The notes beneath the pieces are model-generated. The model was not told the DNA's origin and searched no databases. It saw only the letters and a list, made by a program, of their open reading frames with translations. Shown here piece by piece: positions 15,659-23,022 of a stretch of 32,273 nt of DNA. Source of the DNA: Candidatus Woesearchaeota archaeon (GTDB lineage Archaea; Nanobdellota; Nanobdellia; Tiddalikarchaeales; Tiddalikarchaeaceae); the NCBI GenBank assembly GCA_964565435.1, contig CAZMEY010000002.1, positions 1 to 32,273 of the forward strand, read 5' to 3'. The translations under genes and the position numbers were made by a program. How positions within the stretch are numbered: the stretch's first letter is position 1; the number at the start of each line of letters is the position of its first letter.

Positions 15659-16632
15659 TTTCTCACCAGTTTAATCATTGAGCCTGATTCAAGCTTCAAT
15701 TGCTTTTCTATTTTGAAGCCGAACTCTTCAAATTTTCCTGTTATATCCTGATAGGTTATAATTGCTACAACGGATTTTTTTGCCATTATATAATCCAATT
15801 GGAAGAATAATTTTTCAATGTCTGCTTTTTTGGGCAGCACTGATGCAAAGTAGTCAATGTTTCCTTCTTTTAGGGTGTAATCTATGTCATTTAATGTGCT
15901 GAAGCCGAAGTCAATGAATTTGAAGGTTTTTGACAATTTCGCATTTTGCTTGCAGTATTTCAAATCAGTCATTGAGTCAGAGTAGCATAATATCTTGTTT
16001 TTTAAGGGCTTGACTTTTGGCTCAGGCATTTCAAAGAGGAAATCTTTGGAATTAAAATAGGCTGGCCCGACTTTCAACAGTTTCAGGCAGCATTCTATTG
16101 CAACGCATCCTTCATGGCTGAAAGCGTCCAATAGCTTTCCATTATCCTTATACCCTGAGTAATCAATCAATGCTTTGCAGTAATCTGCTGAGATGAATTC
16201 TGTATTGCTGGATAAGTATCCCCTTTTTGAAAGGTTCTGCGCCCCGGGAATGTCAATATAGCAGTAATATTTTTCACCTATTTTTTCAGCAATGAATGTC
16301 TTGTCTGGCTCGTTTAAGCTTACTTTTGCCCCTGTTTGGTCCTTTATTATCTGCCCCAAATCTATGCACACTTTTATGTCAGGGCATTTCACTTTGAATG
16401 ATTCCGAGGGATTCAAATGCTTTTTGGCGTCAATCTTTGCCTCTTTAGAATCGGAAAATATTGCTAAGCAATCGCTTATTTTGTCAATTATAAATGAATT
16501 GATTATTAATTTTTCTGCATCGCAATCAGCAAGGATTCTTGAATCATCAAGCAATTCAGCGCTTTTGCAAAGGCTTAGCGCTTCCTCTTTGGCAAAATCT
16601 TTCAAATCTTTTTTGAACCATGCGATTAACAT
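15655..16632 (-). CDS. Trm11/Trm-G10-like THUMP-methyltransferase homolog with degenerate SAM-binding and catalytic motifs
   Basis: 325 aa. KRGYLSSNTEFISADYCKALIDYSGYKDNGKLLDAFSHEGCVAIECCL aligns by eye with R.y....sl.P.lA...vNL......lDPFcGtGgiliEA. The expected DPPY is replaced by ASVLPK. 4-nt overlap with rsmA. Confidence 0.3.
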   Translation of the reverse strand: MLIAWFKKDLKDFAKEEALSLCKSAELLDDSRILADCDAEKLIINSFIIDKISDCLAIFSDSKEAKIDAKKHLNPSESFKVKCPDIKVCIDLGQIIKDQTGAKVSLNEPDKTFIAEKIGEKYYCYIDIPGAQNLSKRGYLSSNTEFISADYCKALIDYSGYKDNGKLLDAFSHEGCVAIECCLKLLKVGPAYFNSKDFLFEMPEPKVKPLKNKILCYSDSMTDLKYCKQNAKLSKTFKFIDFGFSTLNDIDYTLKEGNIDYFASVLPKKADIEKLFFQLDYIMAKKSVVAIITYQDITGKFEEFGFKIEKQLKLESGSMIKLVRN

Positions 16633-16634
16633 AA

Positions 16635-16644
16635 TTTTATAAAA
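16635..16644 (+). promoter_or_regulatory. TATA-like box supporting ATG 16668 as the start
   Basis: ttttataaaa ends 24 nt upstream of ATG 16668, but only 3 nt before the GTG 16647 used by the ORF track. Confidence 0.4.
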
Positions 16645-16667
16645 GAGTGCCTATTTTTTTAATATTT

Positions 16668-17225
16668 ATGCATTTGGAGAATAATAGGAAGATTTTCCAC
16701 ATAATACTTGGCATTGTGCTGTCCATTTTGATATTTAATATTAGAAAGGTTTACTTGGTCAGCGTTTTTACATTTTTTATATGCTTGGGTGCAATAATCC
16801 GGCTTTTTTTGCTTAAAGGCAAAAAAATTCCAATAATTGAAAGGTTTTTGGCTATTTTTGGAAGATATATGGAGTTTGGACTGGGTGCCATGAATTTTTT
16901 TATAGGTGTTTTATTATCATTGATTTTTCCTTTTCCAAGGGAGTTTTCAGCAATAAGCGTTTTGATTCTGGGGGTAAGCGATGGCTTGGCGACAATTATT
17001 GGAATTAAATCAAAATACAAGATTTACAAGAATAAAACCCTTAATGGCACTTTGGCCTTTTTTACTACAAGCTATATAATCCTAATTATTGGCATGAACT
17101 CAATAATCTCATCTTTGGGTGTTGCGCTTGTCCTTACTTTGCTTGAACTATTCAGCCCCATTGATGACAACTTGCTTATACCTATTGGAGGGACAATGCT
17201 CATCTCACTGGTAAAATTGATTTAA
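16668..17225 (+). CDS. CTP-dependent polyprenol (dolichol/phytol) kinase / CdsA-superfamily membrane protein, copy 1
   Basis: Polytopic membrane protein. GVSDGLATIIGIKSKYKIYKNKTLNGTLAFF matches the DGxAxxxGxxxG...K(T/S)xEGS motif of the dolichol kinase/phytol kinase/CdsA family. Start refined from 16647 to ATG 16668. Confidence 0.55.
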   Translation: MHLENNRKIFHIILGIVLSILIFNIRKVYLVSVFTFFICLGAIIRLFLLKGKKIPIIERFLAIFGRYMEFGLGAMNFFIGVLLSLIFPFPREFSAISVLILGVSDGLATIIGIKSKYKIYKNKTLNGTLAFFTTSYIILIIGMNSIISSLGVALVLTLLELFSPIDDNLLIPIGGTMLISLVKLI

Positions 17226-17286
17226 TAATTTCGCTTTTTTCTAAAAAAGGTTTAAAAAGAATGGATTGATTCTTTGGCAATTAATA

Positions 17287-17847
17287 ATGAAAATCAATTT
17301 TGTTGAGGTTAAAAGAAAGCTTTGGCACATTGCTTGGGGCGTGCTTTTCTATCTTATTATTTCATTCCATAAAGATGTTTGGGGCTATCAATTGACTATT
17401 GGAGGCTTTGTTTTTGTAGGCATTGCAGTATTAATATTAAGAAAAAAAGGGATAAAAATAGAATGGGTTGATTATTTAATTGAAAAGATTGGCAGGAAAG
17501 GCGAAGGCATTGAGGCCTCTTTTTATTATGTTTTAAGCATATTCATTTCAAGTCTTTTTTTTGAGCAAAATATTGTTGCTCTTTCAGCATTGGTTTTGGG
17601 CGTTTGCGATGGAGTTGCCACAATTTTTGGGATTCATGGAAAGAACAGGATTTATAGGAAAAAAACCCTTGAAGGTTCAGGAGCATTCTTTATCTCCTGC
17701 TTTTTGATAGTTTATTTATCAGGTTTTGGCAAGCTTGCCGCGTTAATCACTGCAGCAGCCCTTTCAATGATTGAATTATTCACTGACATAAATGATAATC
17801 TTATAATTCCTCCAGCGTTTTCAATAATAATCAGCTTGCTTGCATAA
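17287..17847 (+). CDS. CTP-dependent polyprenol kinase / CdsA-superfamily membrane protein, copy 2 (tandem paralog)
   Basis: GVCDGVATIFGIHGKNRIYRKKTLEGSGAFF, with the same length and topology as copy 1. Start refined from TTG 17266 to ATG 17287 (tttaaaaa at 17251-17258). Confidence 0.55.
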   Translation: MKINFVEVKRKLWHIAWGVLFYLIISFHKDVWGYQLTIGGFVFVGIAVLILRKKGIKIEWVDYLIEKIGRKGEGIEASFYYVLSIFISSLFFEQNIVALSALVLGVCDGVATIFGIHGKNRIYRKKTLEGSGAFFISCFLIVYLSGFGKLAALITAAALSMIELFTDINDNLIIPPAFSIIISLLA

Positions 17848-18447
17848 TTCAATGTTTATTATTGGAATGCTAAATTTTGAATAATCATCCAGCCCCAGCC
17901 TTGGGCAGGCAGTGTTTATCAACAGGTCAAGCCCTGAATAATTCAAAAACTCGTCAGGATTAATGGTTTCGCTGAAAAATAGATAAATTTTTTTTCCCAA
18001 TGATTCCAGCTTTTTTTTCAATCTCTCAGCTTCCTTGATTCTTTCTTGCCCGGGCTTTGAGCTCACAATTATCCCTATTATATTCGCGGATTTAAGCCTT
18101 TCAATGCCCATCAATTCGCGGACAAGGAATTTTTTTATATCTTGCCCAGTTATCTCTTTCATTGACAAATCTTTTGGGTTAAGTACAAAGACTTCCTTGC
18201 CAATATTTTGCTTTTTAATCATTAATGCGTGAAAAACCCCGTCACCCACAAATATTATCTTGTCCCCTAAAAAGTTTTGGGGCATTTTTGCGCTGCACCC
18301 GAGAACCATCTTTGAATTGGATAATCCTTTGAAAATATTTGAATATTGAGCAGTATAAGCTATAAATGAGCCTTTTTGCTTTTCCAAAAAATCCTTTATT
18401 TTTTCTGCGTCAATTTCAAATCTTACAGGCTCATATATTATTTTCAT
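17821..18447 (-). CDS. dph2: Dph2-like 2-(3-amino-3-carboxypropyl)histidine synthase, N-terminally short form
   Basis: 208 aa. LGCSA, FVGDGVFHAL, IIGIIVSSKPGQ and NTACPRL are Dph1/Dph2 motifs. It is about 130 aa shorter than characterised archaeal Dph2. Its 3' end overlaps the convergent kinase gene by 27 nt. Confidence 0.6.
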   Translation of the reverse strand: MKIIYEPVRFEIDAEKIKDFLEKQKGSFIAYTAQYSNIFKGLSNSKMVLGCSAKMPQNFLGDKIIFVGDGVFHALMIKKQNIGKEVFVLNPKDLSMKEITGQDIKKFLVRELMGIERLKSANIIGIIVSSKPGQERIKEAERLKKKLESLGKKIYLFFSETINPDEFLNYSGLDLLINTACPRLGLDDYSKFSIPIINIELCKQADYY

Positions 18448-18452
18448 AAATA

Positions 18453-18460
18453 TTTTAAAG
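18453..18460 (+). promoter_or_regulatory. TATA-like box for the 18484 gene
   Basis: ttttaaag ends 25 nt upstream of ATG 18484, which supports the shorter start. Confidence 0.4.
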
Positions 18461-18470
18461 CATCAGCGCT

Positions 18471-18478
18471 ATTTAAAA
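18471..18478 (-). promoter_or_regulatory. TATA-like box for dph2
   Basis: The minus strand reads ttttaaat, 24 nt upstream of ATG 18447. Confidence 0.4.
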
Positions 18479-18483
18479 TATTT

Positions 18484-18693
18484 ATGAATGAAGAAGAATC
18501 CCAAATTTCCGGGAATTATTCTGGGGAAGCCGATTCCAAAGAGCCTGAAACTGTTGCGCCATTGCCTGAGGATTTAAGGGTTGGCAAAAAAAAGCTTGAC
18601 ATTACTGATATTATAAATCTTGCTTCATATACCACTTTAGGAATTGCAGGGATATTTTTATTAATACTGTTCTTATTGGGATTTTTAAGATGA
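18484..18693 (+). CDS. small tail-anchored membrane protein
   Basis: 69 aa from ATG 18484 (MNEEESQISG...) with an acidic N-terminus and a C-terminal TM (LGIAGIFLLILFLLGFL). ATGA overlap with trmI. Confidence 0.45.
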   Translation: MNEEESQISGNYSGEADSKEPETVAPLPEDLRVGKKKLDITDIINLASYTTLGIAGIFLLILFLLGFLR

Positions 18694-19421
18694 AACTATT
18701 AATTAACAATGATTATAAAAGAGTTTATCCTGACAAATTAAAGGACGACCTGAATATCTCGGCAGGGATAATAAAGAAAAATGATTATAATAAGTTGAAA
18801 GATGGCATTATTAAAACCCATAAAGGCAAAGAATTCATTCTCAAAACTGCCGATTTTAAGGATTTATTAATGAATATTAAGCGCGGCCCGCAGATAATAA
18901 CAGCGAAAGATGCAGGATTCATAGCTTCGCAATTGGGATTGAATGAAAAATCCTTGGCTCTTGACTGCGGAGGAGGAAGCGGCAACGCAACATGCGTTTT
19001 TGCAAACATTGCCAAAAAAGTGGTAAGTGTTGAAAAAAACCCTGAGTTTGCCAAATTAATCGCAAAGAACGCAGAGTTCATGGGATTAAAAAACATTGAA
19101 GTCATAAATAAGGATTTGAATGATTACTCTGGCAAATATTCTTTTGATGCAATTAATCTTGACATGCCCAATCCGTGGGATTATTGCCTAAAAGTCAGCG
19201 AGCTATTAAAGAACGCCGGAAGGCTTGTGATTTATGTCCCTAACACCACCCAATTAACCAAGTCAGAGGAAGAGTTCTCAAAAAAAAGATTTAAATTGGA
19301 GCATGTTTTTGAATTAATATTAAGAGAATGGGATGTCAAAGGCCAAGTGTGCCATCCAAAGTTTGACATGCTGGGGCATACTGGATTTATAATGTGCTTT
19401 AGGAAAATGGAGATTGATTAA
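18690..19421 (+). CDS. trmI: tRNA (adenine57/58-N1)-methyltransferase TrmI (Gcd14 family)
   Basis: 243 aa. RGPQIITAKDAGFI, ALDCGGGSGNAT, NLDMPNPWDY and GHTGFIMCFRK match TrmI/Gcd14. Confidence 0.72.
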   Translation: MKLLINNDYKRVYPDKLKDDLNISAGIIKKNDYNKLKDGIIKTHKGKEFILKTADFKDLLMNIKRGPQIITAKDAGFIASQLGLNEKSLALDCGGGSGNATCVFANIAKKVVSVEKNPEFAKLIAKNAEFMGLKNIEVINKDLNDYSGKYSFDAINLDMPNPWDYCLKVSELLKNAGRLVIYVPNTTQLTKSEEEFSKKRFKLEHVFELILREWDVKGQVCHPKFDMLGHTGFIMCFRKMEID

Positions 19422-19423
19422 AA

Positions 19424-19576
19424 ATGATTGAAGAATGGAAGATTGATTTTGAATTGCTGCAAAAAGTGCTTGAAAACGATGGAAACTGCTTATGCAAACT
19501 TAACACCAAATGCCCCTGCTCAGAATTCATATTCAATAAAAAATGCCACTGCGGAGTATTTTCAAAGAAAGAGTAA
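19424..19576 (+). CDS. Cys-rich mini-protein with a CxC-x5-CPC-x9-CHC pattern (ferredoxin:thioredoxin-reductase-catalytic-like)
   Basis: 50 aa: MIEEWKIDFELLQKVLENDGNCLCKLNTKCPCSEFIFNKKCHCGVFSKKE. It starts 2 nt after the trmI stop and is below the ORF-track cutoff. Confidence 0.4.
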   Translation: MIEEWKIDFELLQKVLENDGNCLCKLNTKCPCSEFIFNKKCHCGVFSKKE

Positions 19577-19578
19577 TA

Positions 19579-19586
19579 TTTAAAAA
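19579..19586 (+). promoter_or_regulatory. TATA-like box for the C39-like peptidase gene
   Basis: tttaaaaa ends 23 nt upstream of ATG 19609. Confidence 0.4.
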
Positions 19587-19608
19587 ATGATTTGTTTCTG
19601 GATTATTT

Positions 19609-20259
19609 ATGATTAAATTAAATATCAGTCCATTAAAGCAGCAATATGGCAATTCCTGCGTTATTGCCTGTGCAAGGATGATTCACGGATTTTATAATCC
19701 TAATTTAATGGAGATGATTAATAAGGATGGAGCTGAATGGTTTTATGCCAGCGCTCTTCTTGGCAAAATAAAAGACAAAGGATTCATGACGGATTATTTT
19801 GCAAAAAAATCATCCAATAAAGAGCTATATAATTATTTTGCTAACAGCCTCAAATATATTTCAAAAAAAAGCATGAATGAATTATCAGTTGATGAATATG
19901 TAAATATGGCAAAAGGGGAATATGAATTGGAGATACTGCTTCAGCAAATATTGGGCAATTCTGAAATCATTGTTGGCAATACAAAAAGCTTTGAAGATTG
20001 TAAAAATGCAGGGAATTATTTTGAAAATTACATTTTTGCTGTTAAAGCAACAAGAGAAGAACAAAAAAAAGTATGCCCTGCAATAATTGATACTTATTAT
20101 TATGGATTGCCTCATGCAATGGTTTTTGCAGGAATAAATGAAAAAAATATTATTTGCAATGACCCTTATTCTGGAAAAGAAATAAATATCCCCATTTTAG
20201 ACATTATTGAGAAAAAAATGGGAATAACTCCCATATACCATAAAAATTTAATATATTAA
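19609..20259 (+). CDS. stand-alone papain-fold cysteine peptidase, C39-like
   Basis: 216 aa. N-terminal PLKQQYGNSCVIACARMI (Q...C oxyanion/nucleophile pattern) and C-terminal LPHAMVFAGINEKNIICNDPYSG (His, then Asp) match the C39/C39_2 pattern. No TM or ABC domain. Confidence 0.55.
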   Translation: MIKLNISPLKQQYGNSCVIACARMIHGFYNPNLMEMINKDGAEWFYASALLGKIKDKGFMTDYFAKKSSNKELYNYFANSLKYISKKSMNELSVDEYVNMAKGEYELEILLQQILGNSEIIVGNTKSFEDCKNAGNYFENYIFAVKATREEQKKVCPAIIDTYYYGLPHAMVFAGINEKNIICNDPYSGKEINIPILDIIEKKMGITPIYHKNLIY

Positions 20260-20279
20260 AAAAAAATTAGGGAATAATA

Positions 20280-20287
20280 TTTATAAA
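20280..20287 (+). promoter_or_regulatory. TATA-like box for the pilin gene
   Basis: tttataaa ends 24 nt upstream of ATG 20311. Confidence 0.45.
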
Positions 20288-20310
20288 TCATCAAATGCTC
20301 ATTATTTGAT

Positions 20311-20787
20311 ATGAAGAAAGCAATAACTCCGGTAATAGCTATTATTCTTCTTATCATGCTGACAATTGCAGTAGCTGCAACAGCATGGTATTGGGTTAAT
20401 GGTTTGCAATCAAATTTGGAGTCAAGCTCAGCATCAGGAATTGATCAAGTAACTGAAATGGGACAAGTGCAATACAGCATTGAAAGGCTTGTTTGCAATG
20501 TTTCAGAAGAAGGAAACATATCAATTACTATGATAAACAATGGAAGATCAGACATTTCATCAACAGAGCTTTTTGTAATAAAAGTCTATGATTTGTCAAA
20601 TGTGCAGCTTGGCAATCCAATAATGAAAAGCTTGCCTGAAACAATGCAGATAAGCGGATTAGAAAAACTACAAACAATAACTTTCCTTTCAAGTGAATTT
20701 CCTTCAATGGTTGCAGGAAGCAGATACAAAGTGGAAGTTGATTTGAACTCAATAAAGCAATCCGATTACTGTGACGCGTCAGAATAA
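20311..20787 (+). CDS. archaeal type IV pilin-like protein (DUF1628-type N-terminus)
   Basis: 158 aa. MKKAITPVIAIILLIMLTIAVAATAWYW is the K-A-(I/V)-(S/T)-P-V-I-A class III signal/pilin N-terminal motif. The remainder is beta-rich. Confidence 0.62.
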   Translation: MKKAITPVIAIILLIMLTIAVAATAWYWVNGLQSNLESSSASGIDQVTEMGQVQYSIERLVCNVSEEGNISITMINNGRSDISSTELFVIKVYDLSNVQLGNPIMKSLPETMQISGLEKLQTITFLSSEFPSMVAGSRYKVEVDLNSIKQSDYCDASE

Positions 20788-20802
20788 TATGCTAATTTAA
20801 GA

Positions 20803-20829
20803 TTTTTAATTTTTTTTTAACTTTTTTTT
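20803..20829 (+). terminator. oligo-T terminator after the pilin gene
   Basis: Three T runs (T5, T9, T8) within 27 nt, directly after the stop at 20787. Confidence 0.5.
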
Positions 20830-20874
20830 AACATAGCAATTACCGGAATAACGGAAGTCCACTATACAAAGTTA

Positions 20875-20882
20875 TTTTAAAA
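20875..20882 (+). promoter_or_regulatory. TATA-like box for radA
   Basis: ttttaaaa ends 22 nt upstream of ATG 20904. Confidence 0.45.
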
Positions 20883-20903
20883 GAAATAGCATACTATTCT
20901 TTT

Positions 20904-21932
20904 ATGAAAAAAAAAGATGATGAATCAATCAACGCTTCTGAAGATGATGCAGAATGCGAACCCGCCATTATTGATGACGAGATTAAATCTGATATTAAAT
21001 GCATTGAAGAGCTTCCTGGAGTTGGCGAAAAAACTGCCGAAAAATTAAGGGAAGCTGGATTCAATGACTTAATGAGCATAGCTGTAAGCCCTGCAGCGCT
21101 TATATCCGAAGCTACAGAATTAGGGGCAGCAACAGCAAGCAAAATCATTTCAGCAGCGAGAAGCGCATTAAAAATGGGCTTTATTAGCGGAGACACCCTG
21201 CTTGACAGAAGAAATGAGATTGGAAAGATTAAATTCCAAAGCGAAGAGCTTAATAATTTATTTGGCGGAGGCATTGAAACCCAGGCATTAACTGAATGCT
21301 TCGGGCAATTCGGTTCTGGAAAAACCCAGATAGGGCTTCAATTGGCTGTCAATGTGCAATTGCCTAAGGATAAAGGAGGATTAGATGGCTACTGCGTAAT
21401 TATTGACACAGAGAATACTTTCAGACCAGAGCGTATAGTGCAACTGGCTGAAGGGGTTGGATTGGATGTCAAAGAAGCATTGTCAAAAATCAAGGTTGCT
21501 AGGGCTTATTCATCTGATCACCAAATGCTATTGGTTGAAAGAATTAATGACTTGATTGACAAGGAAAAAATTCCAGTAAGATTAGTCATAGTTGACAGCT
21601 TAATGGGGCTTTTTAGAAGCGAATTCGCTGGAAGAGGCACATTGGCTGACAGGCAGCAAAAATTGAACAGGCACTTGCATGATTTGCAGAGATTGTCTGA
21701 CAGGCACAATTTAGCTGTTTATATTACTAACCAGGTTATGAGCAGGCCTGACGTTTTCTTCGGCGACCCAACCGCTGCAATTGGAGGAAACATTGTAGGC
21801 CACGCGAGCACTTTCAGGGTTTATCTTAGGAAGAGCAAAGGTGATAAAAGGGTTGCAAGAATGATTGACTCCCCATGCCTGCCAGAAGCTGAATGCGTTT
21901 TCAGGGTTACAACCGAAGGAATAAGGGATTAA
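20904..21932 (+). CDS. radA: DNA repair and recombination protein RadA
   Basis: 342 aa. HhH segment IEELPGVGEKTAEKLREAGF, Walker A GQFGSGKTQ, IDTENTFRPERI, Walker B LVIVDS and TNQV. Confidence 0.93.
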   Translation: MKKKDDESINASEDDAECEPAIIDDEIKSDIKCIEELPGVGEKTAEKLREAGFNDLMSIAVSPAALISEATELGAATASKIISAARSALKMGFISGDTLLDRRNEIGKIKFQSEELNNLFGGGIETQALTECFGQFGSGKTQIGLQLAVNVQLPKDKGGLDGYCVIIDTENTFRPERIVQLAEGVGLDVKEALSKIKVARAYSSDHQMLLVERINDLIDKEKIPVRLVIVDSLMGLFRSEFAGRGTLADRQQKLNRHLHDLQRLSDRHNLAVYITNQVMSRPDVFFGDPTAAIGGNIVGHASTFRVYLRKSKGDKRVARMIDSPCLPEAECVFRVTTEGIRD

Positions 21933-21946
21933 TTGTTAGGATTCTA

Positions 21947-21964
21947 AGGGGCAATTTAGCCCCT
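21947..21964 (+). terminator. GC hairpin after radA (possible terminator or RNA end structure)
   Basis: aggggc-aattta-gcccct is a perfect 6-bp G/C stem in an otherwise AT-rich spacer, 15 nt after the radA stop. It is followed by A rather than T runs, so its function is uncertain. Confidence 0.3.
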
Positions 21965-22154
21965 AAAAATTCTCTTATGATTATTTATTTAAAATACTGA
22001 TAACTTATTAATTCATGGATTATTCATATTTGGAGTCTAAAAACCCTAAAGTAAAATATGCTTGCTCTAAAAAGATTATCAAGACTGCTAAGAGAAATCC
22101 TTAATGAAAATTAATTAATTTAAATGTATAATGTTTTATTAAATAATAGCAATA

Positions 22155-22162
22155 TTTAAAAA
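22155..22162 (+). promoter_or_regulatory. TATA-like box for the 22186 gene
   Basis: tttaaaaa ends 24 nt upstream of ATG 22186. Confidence 0.4.
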
Positions 22163-22185
22163 TAAAATATTTTCTTTTAAAAAAA

Positions 22186-22980
22186 ATGAAGATCACGCAA
22201 TATACAAGCAATACTTTTCATTTGGATGATTCCTTAAATTTAGAGCATGCAATTGTTGGAGAATTTTCAATCAATTATTCCATGTATGAAAAAATATTGG
22301 ATAATAAATATAATATTGTTTTGGGAAAATTAAAAAATGGTGAATATGTAAGCCTTCAAGATAATCTTATAAAAAATGTTTTTTTTAATAGCGGCTGTGA
22401 AAATTCTTTAGATGAAATAAACGAAAAAATATTAAAAAAATATTCAGGGATTCCGGGTTTTTGCTCAATGGATATTGAAACAATTGATGATTTGTTTAAT
22501 CATATAAAAAGAATATATGAAATTAGTTATTGTCATTATGCTTTGGCAAAATTCAATAATGACAGGTTTCCATATTTCTGCTGCGGATATTCTTCCAGAA
22601 ATGTTTTTTTGAATTTAATGGATATTGGTTATCCTAATGCAGCATTTCTTTATAATAAAATGAGGGATCATGCTTATGTGGCATTGCCTTTTTTACTAAG
22701 GGAAAATAATAATAAGGGATTTATAATAATTGACCCTACTTCTGACCAGCTATTTGATAATAAAGAAGCTCCAAGAAATAATCTTTTTGTTGCATTTGGA
22801 AGTACTTGGGTTTATAAAACTGATTGGGAATTTGGCCAAGATCTATATCCTAAACCTGAGGATCGTTCAAGATTTTTAAATCTTGAAACTTTGAGGAATA
22901 ACTTTGGTGATATAGTGCGTGAAAGCCAACTAATTACGGAATATTTTGAGACTGTTTTTGATAATCCTATTAAAATATAA
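22186..22980 (+). CDS. hypothetical protein with a transglutaminase-like Cys-His-Asp core
   Basis: 264 aa. FCCGYSSRNVFLNLMDIGYPNAAFL...RDHAYVAL...GFIIIDPTSDQ parallels the TGase-core pattern C...GIPAR...HAW.E...DPT (Cys132/133, His162, Asp183). Confidence 0.45.
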   Translation: MKITQYTSNTFHLDDSLNLEHAIVGEFSINYSMYEKILDNKYNIVLGKLKNGEYVSLQDNLIKNVFFNSGCENSLDEINEKILKKYSGIPGFCSMDIETIDDLFNHIKRIYEISYCHYALAKFNNDRFPYFCCGYSSRNVFLNLMDIGYPNAAFLYNKMRDHAYVALPFLLRENNNKGFIIIDPTSDQLFDNKEAPRNNLFVAFGSTWVYKTDWEFGQDLYPKPEDRSRFLNLETLRNNFGDIVRESQLITEYFETVFDNPIKI

Positions 22981-23022
22981 TTGTTAGATAGATTAAAAAG
23001 CTTGGAGCGCTTAATAATTGGC

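Noticed and set aside
8587-20259. A possible functional link between the glycine-zipper proteins (AGG/GAG near residue 25, a double-glycine-like site) and the C39-like peptidase, by analogy with glycine-zipper bacteriocin systems.
   Set aside because: The leader does not fit the LSxxELxxIxGG spacing. The genes are 9.5 kb apart with housekeeping genes between them, and no ABC exporter is present.
20904-21010. An acidic ~35-aa N-terminal extension on RadA before the HhH motif.
   Set aside because: Characterised archaeal RadA proteins, such as the Pyrococcus one, also carry charged N-terminal leaders of similar length, so this is not unusual.
22015-22104. A 29-aa ORF (MDYSYLESKNPKVKYACSKKIIKTAKRNP) in the radA downstream spacer. 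It is reminiscent of the first HEAT-like helix pair of some repeat proteins and could be a gene remnant.
   Set aside because: It is too short, the similarity is only an impression, and no extended frame continues on either side. I could not support either a gene or a pseudogene.
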